DNA of 64,000 nucleotides from a virus (Duplodnaviria; Heunggongvirae; Uroviricota; Caudoviricetes): IMG/VR virus record IMGVR_UViG_3300037067_007156, positions 461,519 to 525,518 of that record; one strand, 5' to 3'. Shown piece by piece: positions 22,110 to 31,838 of this stretch (position 1 is its first letter; each line of letters starts with the position of its first letter). The notes under the pieces were generated by a model. It saw only the letters and a program-made list of their open reading frames with translations, ran no database searches and was not told where the DNA came from. The position numbers and the translations under genes were made by a program.

Positions 22110-22403
22110 TTAATATTTACCAATATTTAAAAATTTAAAAATATCGTTGGTTATTTTATAAACAATCACAAAGTAATCATCTTCATCATTTTTATTAACA
22201 AATGTTATTTCTTCTATATTTTCATCACCACCACTAAGTCCGAAATAATTGTATATTATATTACCAATCTTGATATTATCTCCCCATATATCTTTATGAG
22301 GATTATTACCTTTATAATTTTCAAGTTTTATTTTAAGGTCATCTAACGATTTATAATAAAATATATTTTTATTATAATTTTCGAATAATTTAATATATTT
22401 CAT
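22110..22403 (-). CDS. putative head-packaged small protein
   Basis: N-terminus MKYIKLFENY. Confidence 0.6.
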   Translation of the reverse strand: MKYIKLFENYNKNIFYYKSLDDLKIKLENYKGNNPHKDIWGDNIKIGNIIYNYFGLSGGDENIEEITFVNKNDEDDYFVIVYKITNDIFKFLNIGKY

Positions 22404-22668
22404 GTTGATTTTTTTATTAATATATATTAAAATTTTTTATTAAAAAAATTAAAGATGAAAATTATTTACAATTTAATGAATCAAAAATAGTGGAATATTT
22501 GTTACACCCATAAACATGAAAATATATAGAGCTTAAATTTATATTAGTACCATTCATAAAGTTTAAAGAATTTGATGGTTTGATTAATAAGAATAATAAT
22601 GAAATTTATTATTACTAATTTTTTTTATAATTAAATTAAGTTTATTTTTGTATAAAAATAATAAACTT

Positions 22669-24018
22669 ATGATAGCACAAAATATAATCGGTAAATTTAA
22701 AGATAACTTAGTTGATGCTGAATATGAATTAGTTTCAGTTAACGCTCAAGACTTATCTGGATATCTTAGAAATTTTTATTTATCAGAAGATATCAATATT
22801 GATGATTATAACGAAGCTAAAAATCAAAAAAATCATTTCTCAGATAAAAAAGAACAAGAAATAACTGAAGTCAATCCACCGATTGAAATATATGAATATC
22901 AGAACTTTTTTCTATTACAAAAGAAATTGGGTGAATATATTTTGTTAGATGGATTTCGTAGATTACTTTGGTATAACGCTCCAGACCATGATATTTTGGT
23001 TCGGGTTTATCAGGAAGAAGATTTAACAAGTGAAAAAATTTTAACACTTATGATTCACCTTAATCATTTTAAATTTTATGGTGGCGGTGCATATCTCGAA
23101 CGTGGATTTTCTCTTTTACTTAAAACGGTTTTTAACCTTGATATATTTAAATATAAAGATGCGTTTGATGCCTACTTATCAAGTAATCAAATAAAAAATG
23201 ATTATAGTGGTGATTTTGGTAAAACCAATAATAAGAAACTGAACTCAGTAAAAGAAAGGATTATTAACAAACATTTTATATCAGATACCAAGTTCATTCA
23301 GGAAATAAATGATGCTGGATATATGGTTAATAAAATGTTTGGTGCATTTGTTTATCAGCAACGTTTAATTACAGATGTTGAGTTTGATTCAAAAAAGTTT
23401 ATATCGATATTAAAAGATATTAAATTATTAAATCCTCTTATTGAGAAATATAATAAGGTTGGTACAAATCATTCAGCCGATAGTCAAAAGGTTGTTAATA
23501 CAATAATGGATTTTTACTCACAGTCTTTTATTTCTATGTTGGGTGGTGTGGTAGAGAAAACATATGCTGAAAAGGTTCAAGAATGTAAAGATTTAGTAAC
23601 AAAACTTAAAAAAGACAAAACACTTTTGAAAGTGACTGGAAATCCAAAATGGTATAAAATAGATGCTGCATTACGAGAACGAATGGTTGTTAACAAAGAA
23701 AAAGTTCGTTTTGTTTGTGTTGTGTTTCCTACGGAAACTAATATGTATGATTATGATAATAAAGTAATACCAGAACTACCATATGGTATCTTGAATAAAG
23801 AAATAGTGTTTTTTAAACAAACAATTCATTTAATGGCGGTATCAGAACATTATGGTTTTGTGCATGACAACGGTGCTAAATACACTTTTCATCATAATTA
23901 TAAAAGTTATGGGTCTGGTAAAAGATATACTTATATTTCAGATGATAGATTTTCTGGAAGAAGTAGACAAACTGTTGAATTATTTGCTGAGTTACCACAA
24001 AGTATATTTGAAAAATAA
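22669..24018 (+). CDS. ParB/Srx-like N-terminal domain protein
   Basis: PPI...YILLDGFRRL; ATG at 22669 lies downstream of the TAnnTTTG motif. Confidence 0.55.
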   Translation: MIAQNIIGKFKDNLVDAEYELVSVNAQDLSGYLRNFYLSEDINIDDYNEAKNQKNHFSDKKEQEITEVNPPIEIYEYQNFFLLQKKLGEYILLDGFRRLLWYNAPDHDILVRVYQEEDLTSEKILTLMIHLNHFKFYGGGAYLERGFSLLLKTVFNLDIFKYKDAFDAYLSSNQIKNDYSGDFGKTNNKKLNSVKERIINKHFISDTKFIQEINDAGYMVNKMFGAFVYQQRLITDVEFDSKKFISILKDIKLLNPLIEKYNKVGTNHSADSQKVVNTIMDFYSQSFISMLGGVVEKTYAEKVQECKDLVTKLKKDKTLLKVTGNPKWYKIDAALRERMVVNKEKVRFVCVVFPTETNMYDYDNKVIPELPYGILNKEIVFFKQTIHLMAVSEHYGFVHDNGAKYTFHHNYKSYGSGKRYTYISDDRFSGRSRQTVELFAELPQSIFEK

Positions 24019-24022
24019 AATT

Positions 24023-24346
24023 ATGGAAGAAGATACCTTAGATTTAATTGAAAAAATTCAGGAAGCCAGAAATCCTAAATACTTTTTGTGGCAAGTTGTA
24101 AAAGATACTGAATTTTTTAAGGCTAAATATAATTACAATATTTTAATTGGTGAAAAAAATAATATAATTTACTTTAATTACGATTTAAAAAATCACACTT
24201 TATATTACAGTTATCAAAATATTTATAAAATTTTAAAAACAAAATATCACCTTAATGAAATGAGAGCTAATGAATTAGTTAGCGAGATGGTAAGTGAACA
24301 TTTCAAATTGAGGGTGGACACAACCACTATAGCCCATAGGAGGTAA
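24023..24346 (+). CDS. hypothetical protein whose 3' end overlaps a direct-repeat array
   Basis: MEEDTLDL...VSEHFKLRVDTT. Confidence 0.6.
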   Translation: MEEDTLDLIEKIQEARNPKYFLWQVVKDTEFFKAKYNYNILIGEKNNIIYFNYDLKNHTLYYSYQNIYKILKTKYHLNEMRANELVSEMVSEHFKLRVDTTTIAHRR

Positions 24347-24461
24347 TAAAGTTCAGTAAGTGAACATTTCAAATTGAGGGTGGACACAATAACATCAACC
24401 ATTCTCTATACATAATAGTACCTTTTATTAAGTAAATATTTCAAATTAAAGGTTGATACAA
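24290..24461. repeat. CRISPR-like direct repeat: two identical 34-bp copies and one degenerate copy
   Basis: GTAAGTGAACATTTCAAATTGAGGGTGGACACAA at 24290 and 24356, degenerate copy at 24428; unique 32- and 38-nt spacers. Confidence 0.8.
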
Positions 24462-24475
24462 CTAAATTTTAAATA

Positions 24476-24769
24476 ATGAGAGCAAAACAATTAATCGAAG
24501 CACTTAGTAAACTTGACCAAAATAAGCGTATTAAATTTCAAAATGCTGGTGGATGGATTAAATTTCAAAATGCTGGTGGATGGAAAGATAAAACTATGGC
24601 AGTAAACGCTATAATAGAACAGGGTAACGCTTACATTTTAATATGGGCATGTCATCCACATTGCATAAAAGAAGATTTGAAAGAAGGTCAAAAACTTATA
24701 TGGTATAATCCAAATTGTGGAAATGCACATTTGGTCAAAGATTATTTTCCAGAATATGTGTCTATTTAA
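24476..24769 (+). CDS. hypothetical protein with perfect 27-bp internal tandem duplication
   Basis: IKFQNAGGW x2 (24530-24583). Confidence 0.65.
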   Translation: MRAKQLIEALSKLDQNKRIKFQNAGGWIKFQNAGGWKDKTMAVNAIIEQGNAYILIWACHPHCIKEDLKEGQKLIWYNPNCGNAHLVKDYFPEYVSI

Positions 24770-24949
24770 ACTTTCAATATCGTATCGAATTAATCCGTAT
24801 AACTTCGGGTTTATAAACTATACCGCTTGGTATGTGTTGGGTGGTTTATCAGCACTAAATTAAATTTAAAAACGAAATTTACGTATAACTTAATAAAAAC
24901 TTACATATATTTGTTGTTACGTTTTAGTAAAAATTAAATAATTGATGAT

Positions 24950-25108
24950 ATGGAACTGGATGAAAAACAAAAACTTTTTAGAGATAAACTCAAAAAAGCG
25001 GTAATTGATGGTAAAACAAGTATGTTTGGGAGAGAACGAACTGATGAAGAAAAGTTTTTGTTCAAACAAAAGATGTTAAAGTTATATGCTGATGGTAAAG
25101 GTATTTAA
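24950..25108 (+). CDS. small cassette-borne hypothetical protein (52 aa)
   Basis: MELDEKQKLFRDKL...DGKGI, read from sequence (below the ORF-track cutoff). Confidence 0.5.
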   Translation: MELDEKQKLFRDKLKKAVIDGKTSMFGRERTDEEKFLFKQKMLKLYADGKGI

Positions 25109-25167
25109 TTTATATTAAACATAAAATGGTGGTATATACTGATTTTTAACCGATTTAAAACAACGAC

Positions 25168-25518
25168 ATGATAACTGAACAAGATTTACATGAATACAAT
25201 AAATGGCTTATGGAAGTATGGAATCCGAACCAACTTTATATACCATTTGGAATAGATGCACCAAGAGCTTTTTTAACCTACAAAACTAAGGTTAAAAATT
25301 TGGATATACCACGTGTTATAAACTGGGTGGCGGTAAAAGATAAATTACCACCAAGACCAGATGAAGATTATTTAGTAGTAATGCGTAACAAGAATAAGGA
25401 GGGCGGAATTGCTTTGCAGGATGTTAAAAACTTTACAAGTGATGGAATTTGGGTAGGTGGTAATAATTGGGAAGATGTTGTGGCGTGGGCTGAACTTCCT
25501 GAGCCGCCTTGTTTATAA
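25168..25518 (+). CDS. fusion ORF: loop-encoded N-module plus DUF551-like C-module
   Basis: KNLDIPR-V junction, then WVAVKDKLP...VVAWAELPEPP. Confidence 0.75.
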   Translation: MITEQDLHEYNKWLMEVWNPNQLYIPFGIDAPRAFLTYKTKVKNLDIPRVINWVAVKDKLPPRPDEDYLVVMRNKNKEGGIALQDVKNFTSDGIWVGGNNWEDVVAWAELPEPPCL

Positions 25519-25597
25519 TGTCCGCAGGTATGGTTAGTTGCATGTTGAATAACCAACTAACTTTAATACGAGTGATAAACTTTAAAATATAGAAATA

Positions 25598-25873
25598 ATG
25601 AGCGATTTTAAACCAACACTTAAACAAATTGAGTTATATAAGGAACTCAGGAAAATAACAGAACCACATCACATGTATGCAGACCAAATAATGGCTATTG
25701 CAGAATACATAGATGCTGAATTTATACACAAAAGTAAAGCGAATGGTGTTAATACGAGTGAAAGGCAATTAACTATACCTGATGTTAGCAATCAGGTTTG
25801 CCAACATCAAAAACGCCAATGGATACCAGAACTCAACAAAGATTTATGCTTAAACTGTGGAACGCTCATTTAG
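25598..25873 (+). CDS. fusion ORF: loop-encoded N-module plus short Zn-ribbon C-module
   Basis: QLTIPD-V junction, then CQH...CLNCG. Confidence 0.7.
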   Translation: MSDFKPTLKQIELYKELRKITEPHHMYADQIMAIAEYIDAEFIHKSKANGVNTSERQLTIPDVSNQVCQHQKRQWIPELNKDLCLNCGTLI

Positions 25874-25996
25874 GAAAACTTGTTGCTAACATGTATATAT
25901 AAATTTTACATTTTAACTATTTGATTTATAAATAATTAGTTTGATATATTTTTAAAGATTTGGCTTGAATTTAATAAAACATGGTGCGTGATTATC

Positions 25997-26239
25997 TCAA
26001 TTAAAAAATGAAATAATTATTTCTTATTAAACTTCAACCAAGATTTAACCGCTTCTTCTTGTGTCTTTTTAAATTTATGTGTAGCTTCAGGTGAAAGGTC
26101 ACCAGTTTTTATTTCTGGAAAATTTTTAGCTATAACAGTCCAAAATGCGTCATCTGCATCTTGTATAATTTTATCTAAATCAACACCATCTGAATTATTT
26201 TCCTTTATGATAATTATTAAATGTTTTAATTTTTCTCAT
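25997..26239 (-). pseudogene. frameshifted small protein of the head-targeting-motif family
   Basis: MRKIKTFNN, then one extra base; the shifted frame continues IKENNSDGVDLDKIIQDADDAFW... Confidence 0.5.
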
Positions 26240-26240
26240 A

Positions 26241-26759
26241 TTATTCACCTAATTTTTCACCATTCGGATAATACATTTCCCCATCTTTATCTATTTTAAA
26301 AATAGTTCCAGAATGTGGACTTATCATTAAAGCAAAAACATCTTTCATACCTAAATATCTACTTGCAAACTTTCCATATTTTGGATTTTTAGTAGTACCT
26401 ACCCAACTGCGTAATCTTAATTCTTGCATTCTGGTCATACCATTTTTTTCATCTCGGATAGAGTATAGTGGTTTATCTTCTAACTTTTTTTCTTTGATAA
26501 TAAAATGTTTATAATCTATATATAATGCTGATTTATGATACCACCAAGGTTCATTTTCTTTTTCATCCCAAGAGGTTGTTTCATAAAAATAAACATCAAA
26601 GTCACCTTCTTTATGAATCCATTTTTTATCTAAATAAAAATTATTTAATATATGGTCAAAGGATTCTTTAGAATCAAATTGTGTAATTCTCCAGTCACCA
26701 TCTGTTTTAGATGTAGTGATTTGTTTATTGTATGCTTCGAATAATTTTAAATATTTCAT
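26241..26759 (-). CDS. putative head-packaged protein
   Basis: N-terminus MKYLKLFEAY. Confidence 0.65.
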   Translation of the reverse strand: MKYLKLFEAYNKQITTSKTDGDWRITQFDSKESFDHILNNFYLDKKWIHKEGDFDVYFYETTSWDEKENEPWWYHKSALYIDYKHFIIKEKKLEDKPLYSIRDEKNGMTRMQELRLRSWVGTTKNPKYGKFASRYLGMKDVFALMISPHSGTIFKIDKDGEMYYPNGEKLGE

Positions 26760-27313
26760 TCTTGATATTTATATTTTATATACGAATCTAATTCACGCCA
26801 ATCTAAATCAGTTATTCCTTGATAATTTTTATCAATAAAATATTGATTAACTTCTTCCCTGCTCATATCTTTTAATTCATTAACAACTTCATTTATATAA
26901 GTATTGGGTACATCAATTGTAATTTTTATAACAGGCATACAATCACAACCTAATTTCATTAATGCGATAGCTCTATGTCTTCCTTCTTGTAATGATGAAT
27001 TTTCTTGATAATTTCCAACTGGAAATTTTGCTCCATTTTTCATAGCTTCTACATATTTATCAACTTTTTCTTGACTAACAGGTATTAAAGCATCTTCATA
27101 TGATAATCCACCAAAATTATGTGCAATGGTATAGATATATTTTTTAGGACTCATATAAATTAATTCCTCAATCTTTCTTTTATAAACTAATGAATAAAGA
27201 GGATTTTCATATGCACTATATATATCACCTATATTATTCATATCAAAATATTTACATCCATCACAATTAATGATTATATCTTTAAAATTTTCAAATAATT
27301 TAATATATTTCAC
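26756..27313 (-). CDS. ParB/Srx-like protein with head-targeting-like N-terminus
   Basis: MKYIKLFENF; QEGRHRAIALMKLG..MPV. Confidence 0.6.
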   Translation of the reverse strand: MKYIKLFENFKDIIINCDGCKYFDMNNIGDIYSAYENPLYSLVYKRKIEELIYMSPKKYIYTIAHNFGGLSYEDALIPVSQEKVDKYVEAMKNGAKFPVGNYQENSSLQEGRHRAIALMKLGCDCMPVIKITIDVPNTYINEVVNELKDMSREEVNQYFIDKNYQGITDLDWRELDSYIKYKYQE

Positions 27314-27377
27314 GAATATTGAATTATAATTTTTTTATATTCTATATATTATTTATTTTTGTTAAAAATATTATTAT

Positions 27378-27734
27378 ATGATAAGTAAACAACCATTATT
27401 AAAAATAACAGAAGTCATGGAGGAAATGACTATTTCTGATTTATTAAGAAATAATGATTTGTTTTCTAAAGATATAAAACAAAAAATAAATAATAAACAA
27501 TTGTTATTGAATGGTGAACCGATGACATTAGAACATTTAAAATTAAATATCAATTCGTTCGATGAGGCTGGCGATTTTATCTTTAAAAATTTAGAAAAAA
27601 TAAGACCTATTTCTTTTTTGAATTTAGAAGACATGTTTGAGGCCGATACACCTTTCATTAAGACATTGTTTAATGACTTGTTTTTATTGAAGATTGCTAA
27701 AAAGAAATGGTTTGTTATTACATTAAAAAAATAA
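27378..27734 (+). CDS. hypothetical protein
   Basis: 118-aa ORF. Confidence 0.55.
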   Translation: MISKQPLLKITEVMEEMTISDLLRNNDLFSKDIKQKINNKQLLLNGEPMTLEHLKLNINSFDEAGDFIFKNLEKIRPISFLNLEDMFEADTPFIKTLFNDLFLLKIAKKKWFVITLKK

Positions 27735-27738
27735 TACA

Positions 27739-28584
27739 TTATTCTAATAAAAAATCTAAACAATTTTTTATAGTTTGTTCTTTATCATTTAAAAAATCAC
27801 ATTCCCAAATTATTTTTACTTTATAATTATTATTTAATAATTTATTAATTTTATTCTTATCTTTATCCCATATTTCTTTGGAAGTTTTATTAATAAATTT
27901 TAGTGGTATATCGTTTTCTTTATAAATAGTGGGATTTGCATGAAATTTATCACCATTAAATTCTATCACCTTTTTTATATCTTCAATTACAAAATCAAAA
28001 TTGTGAGAATATATTCCGCAACTATATTCATGATTTAATTCACCAAAATATATTTTATTAAATTTATTTTGAATTATATTATAAACAGACCAAAACAATT
28101 CTTGTGATATTTTAGACCATTTCTGTTTATTATTGTTGATATTTCTAAAATGTGTTGTTTTTGAAATACTTAAACTTCTTTCATTATATTTTATAATACC
28201 CTCTATTTCTCCATGTTTTTTAATAAACCAAGATAAAGAAAAAACACCTTTCATATTATATCTAAATTGTTTATATTGTTCTTCATTTAATCTTTCTTTA
28301 ATTGATTTATTTTTTAATGTTTTTGTATATTTTTTCAAACCTTCTAATTGTTTTTCTTTTCTTTCATTTCTTGTAATTTCCCATTCTGAATTAATTTTAT
28401 CAACATCTATGTTGTAATATTTTAAAATATATTCCCCATAAGATAATTCATTATGTTGATTTTTTAAATGTGAAGCTAAACCTGGTATACTTTTTAATTC
28501 TTTCGAACAAATTTTACATATATATGGTTCTGGTATTGATATTTTAATTTTACTTTTAAATTTTTTATTAGATTTTTTATTCAT
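27739..28584 (-). CDS. putative homing endonuclease, C2H2 finger plus Vsr-like domain
   Basis: CKIC...LASHLKNQH; FDFV..KVIEFNGDKFHANP..KD..K..IIWE. Confidence 0.75.
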   Translation of the reverse strand: MNKKSNKKFKSKIKISIPEPYICKICSKELKSIPGLASHLKNQHNELSYGEYILKYYNIDVDKINSEWEITRNERKEKQLEGLKKYTKTLKNKSIKERLNEEQYKQFRYNMKGVFSLSWFIKKHGEIEGIIKYNERSLSISKTTHFRNINNNKQKWSKISQELFWSVYNIIQNKFNKIYFGELNHEYSCGIYSHNFDFVIEDIKKVIEFNGDKFHANPTIYKENDIPLKFINKTSKEIWDKDKNKINKLLNNNYKVKIIWECDFLNDKEQTIKNCLDFLLE

Positions 28585-28665
28585 CTACTTATTTTTAATA
28601 ATATATATTAAATTAAGTATGATTTTTTTTATAATAAAATTTATTATAAATTTGAAAAAAAAATT

Positions 28666-29178
28666 ATGAGATTAATTAGAAAATTAAAAATATTGTTTAG
28701 TAAAACTGATAATGTTTTTGAAGATGTTTTATTAAAAAAAATGACAATGGCATTATTAAGCGATATTGAAAAATTAAAAGATATTCAACAAAATCCTCAG
28801 TGGCATATCGAAAACGATGTATATACACATACGATGGTTGTTACGAACCGATTACATAATAAATATCATAATATAAATCTCACGTTATCGGGAATATTTC
28901 ACGACCTTGGTAAGTTTGATACCACCAAATGGGATGATAAAAAACAATCTTGGACTGCATTTGGTCACGAGGATTTTTCAATTGATTATGTTGAAAAACA
29001 TAAAGATTGGATTAAAAAAATGGGTGGAAATGTTGAAAAAATAAAATATATCACTGCAAATCATATGCGTATTAAATTTATAGATGAAATGCGAAAGAAA
29101 AAACGTAGAAAGTTTGAAGCTGAGAAATGGTTTCATTTGGTTGTTAAATTTAAAGAGTGTGATAAAGGTGGTTTTTAA
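28666..29178 (+). CDS. HD-domain phosphohydrolase (type associated with CCA-adding enzymes)
   Basis: QNPQWHIENDVYTHT, FHDLGK, FGHE, NHM. Confidence 0.8.
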   Translation: MRLIRKLKILFSKTDNVFEDVLLKKMTMALLSDIEKLKDIQQNPQWHIENDVYTHTMVVTNRLHNKYHNINLTLSGIFHDLGKFDTTKWDDKKQSWTAFGHEDFSIDYVEKHKDWIKKMGGNVEKIKYITANHMRIKFIDEMRKKKRRKFEAEKWFHLVVKFKECDKGGF

Positions 29179-29189
29179 ATATAACAAAC

Positions 29190-29708
29190 ATGAGTAATAT
29201 ACATTATAGAGTTGATAATGGTTTTTTTTATAAGATTGTTACATCAAGTAAGAAGATTTATAAGATAACGGTAGATGATGTTGAATCTCTTGATTTTGAT
29301 TCTAATTTTGAAACAGTTAAGAATTTCAAACCTTTGAAAAAAAATGATTGGAATTCTATGCAAAACCATTTTTTCATATCAAGAGATTTTGAATGGGTTT
29401 ATGATGGAATTTGTTATATGACAACTGGTAAAAAAATTCAATATAATGCTAATGGTGTTTTATCCCCATCCGCTTTGGTGTTTCATAATGGGTTGGTTTG
29501 GGAAGCACGTTATTCAGGAAATTATTATCCAAGAATGTGGTTAACTGCTAAAGTTAAACGCACAAATAAAGAGACTGGTGAAGTTAAAATAGTTGAAATA
29601 AATAAATGGACTGATGAAAAGTATCTTCGTGCGTTTGAGAAAGCTCCAGAATTTAAACAACGGGCGTTGAAAATAAAAGAAATATTTAATGATTGTTTTG
29701 ATTTATAA
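29190..29708 (+). CDS. hypothetical protein with C-terminal RxxKIxxI motif
   Basis: Ends QRALKIKEIFNDCFDL. Confidence 0.65.
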   Translation: MSNIHYRVDNGFFYKIVTSSKKIYKITVDDVESLDFDSNFETVKNFKPLKKNDWNSMQNHFFISRDFEWVYDGICYMTTGKKIQYNANGVLSPSALVFHNGLVWEARYSGNYYPRMWLTAKVKRTNKETGEVKIVEINKWTDEKYLRAFEKAPEFKQRALKIKEIFNDCFDL

Positions 29709-29739
29709 TGAAACTTAAAAGAATTATTTTTGATTAAAT

Positions 29740-30105
29740 ATGATTTTAGATTTTGAAAAACCAAAAAAAACCCGTTCTACTGAGGAACATAATAATATGT
29801 TTTCTTCGGATAAACGATATAAAATAAAAATGAACAAAACTTTAAACAAAAAATTAAATACACAGCAAGAACAATTAGATATCCATGTTGTTATTGGCAG
29901 TTTTGTTAAGTTTTACGACTGTCAACAAGCAAATAAGGATAGAGATTTTTCAGGAGCAAACCCTAAATATTACCCTATTGGTAAAGTAATAAATGTTTAT
30001 GATTATAAATCAACATTTGGTTATACAGATAGGGTTTGTGATATACAAATAGGTGAACGCATTAGCAAGTCTCATTTTATAAGAGGTGTTGAAATTATTT
30101 CTTAA
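29740..30105 (+). CDS. cassette fusion ORF
   Basis: QEQLDIHV-V junction at 29890. Confidence 0.6.
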   Translation: MILDFEKPKKTRSTEEHNNMFSSDKRYKIKMNKTLNKKLNTQQEQLDIHVVIGSFVKFYDCQQANKDRDFSGANPKYYPIGKVINVYDYKSTFGYTDRVCDIQIGERISKSHFIRGVEIIS

Positions 30106-30140
30106 AAATATCTATAACGGTTGCTATAATTAAATTTATT

Positions 30141-30350
30141 ATGACATTAGTGAATAGTTTAAAAGCGGAAATTGGCGATACGTTAATTGCTAATTATAAC
30201 AACGGAATTTGGGAAAAAAATGATGTTTGTATATTAATCGAAAAATCACCTGAATATGAAAAATGTACTGAAGGTCAATTTTTTAATAAGACAAAAAATA
30301 TAATACACGGTGGTAATATTCAATCATTTCAATATTACAATAAACGTTGA
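30141..30350 (+). CDS. small hypothetical protein in the cassette array
   Basis: 69-aa ORF. Confidence 0.5.
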   Translation: MTLVNSLKAEIGDTLIANYNNGIWEKNDVCILIEKSPEYEKCTEGQFFNKTKNIIHGGNIQSFQYYNKR

Positions 30351-30823
30351 ATGTTGGTGTATTACTGCACTGAACTTAATTTAAAATATACACTTAAAAA
30401 TATGAACAAAATTATAAATGAAACAAAAGAGAAACGCACTATACAACGAGATAGCGAACGTGAAAAAAAATTATTTATTGGGCTAAACAACTGGAACATA
30501 AATCTCTATCGCTACATGAATTAGTTGAAAACGCTAAGTGGTTATTAGACCGTGTTCGTTAATGGTTGAAAAATATAAAATGTCTATTAAACAAAACTTA
30601 AATGGAAAATCTTGAAATGTTAAAATGTATGTCTGTTGATGAAATGGTGAAAGTAGTTAGTAATTTATCTAATGTTGATACAGCATTGGATATTATTAAC
30701 AAAGGAAAACGTAACGAAAAAGTAGAACTTGAATGGGTAGGAGATAAATTGCGGTTAAAAAATTAAATTAAACACAACGATTGAGTATTGGCGTTGTTGT
30801 CATTACAAAAATAAATTAATAGT

Positions 30824-31084
30824 ATGAAACATAAAATCATGAAAACGTTTGAAGAACACTCATCAGAATTGAATATATCTGATGTTATTAGAGAGAATAA
30901 AAATTATGATTACATCATAGTAAAAATCAAATCTGGTGCAAATTGTCCAAAAAAATATTGGAATAAAAAAGCAGTTTATGATAAACGAAATAAATACATG
31001 TTAGAATATAATAAAGGATTTGATTTGTCATATGGTTCTGTATTCATGGTAAATCCAAATGAAAAGGATTTTGAAATCGAATAA
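30824..31084 (+). CDS. cassette fusion ORF with head-targeting-like N-module
   Basis: MKHKIMKTFEEH...ELNISD-V junction at 30884. Confidence 0.65.
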   Translation: MKHKIMKTFEEHSSELNISDVIRENKNYDYIIVKIKSGANCPKKYWNKKAVYDKRNKYMLEYNKGFDLSYGSVFMVNPNEKDFEIE

Positions 31085-31134
31085 TTTTTATTCTCTATGG
31101 CAAGTTATAAAACGTTGCCAATTTAGAAGTACAA

Positions 31135-31425
31135 ATGTTTAATTTAAAAATAAAAGTTGATATGGAATACAAAATTCAAATAACCGATGAAGCTGGCAAT
31201 GTCCATTTATACAATGTTACCCGTAGTTCTTCTGAACCAAAATCGTTGAATGACTTCATTTTAGAAGCGTTACAAATTTCAGAAGATAAACGAAAGCTAC
31301 CATTTATAATACAATGTCCGAATGGATTAGAAGTACACCCTTTAATTAAAATGAAGTTTGAAAACTATGGTTCTCCAATATTGGGTGATAAGTTAGAAGC
31401 GATGCACGTAACTTGGCGTGATTAG
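31135..31425 (+). CDS. cassette fusion ORF
   Basis: GNVHLYN-V junction at 31216. Confidence 0.65.
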   Translation: MFNLKIKVDMEYKIQITDEAGNVHLYNVTRSSSEPKSLNDFILEALQISEDKRKLPFIIQCPNGLEVHPLIKMKFENYGSPILGDKLEAMHVTWRD

Positions 31426-31586
31426 AATTACGACTAACAGTTGCAAATATAAAACGTTTTAAAACAGAACTTGAATAGAATCAATAATATAACAATTAGT
31501 ATGAATTTTATTTTGAAATATGAATAAAATGTTTTATAATTGCTTTTATAAGTAGTAAAATAAAAATCAATCTAAAAAAAATAATT

Positions 31587-31838
31587 ATGAAAATTAAAGG
31601 AATAGTAACAAGAATTGATTCTGCTTGTTGGTCAGATGATAGAGGTAATGATAAATATGGTTATGTTTTTTATGTAAAATCAAAAGATACTGGTTTTGCT
31701 ATAAATAAAAAAACAAAGAGTGGTATTATTTTTATGAATAACATTGACAAAATATTGAATAATGAAATTGAATTTATATGTGATGAATTTGGTTATAGTG
31801 TTAAATTAACAAAACAAACTATTGATAATCTAAATTAA
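31587..31838 (+). CDS. whole-gene cassette, hypothetical protein
   Basis: ORF lies entirely within cassette 31545-31860. Confidence 0.65.
   Translation: MKIKGIVTRIDSACWSDDRGNDKYGYVFYVKSKDTGFAINKKTKSGIIFMNNIDKILNNEIEFICDEFGYSVKLTKQTIDNLN

Larger units (their letters stand above)
24916..25890 (+). mobile_element. integron-like cassette array 1 (three cassettes, two complete attC-like junction hairpins)
   Basis: Cassette ends complementary: 24916/25125, 25315/25519, 25784/25890; junction stems 25129-25151 with 25290-25312 and 25525-25541 with 25765-25781. Confidence 0.7.

Noticed and set aside
24790-24915. Additional attC-like site upstream of cassette 24916
   Set aside because: Two CGTATAAC half-sites are present but there is no convincing stem pairing; treated only as a probable decayed remnant.
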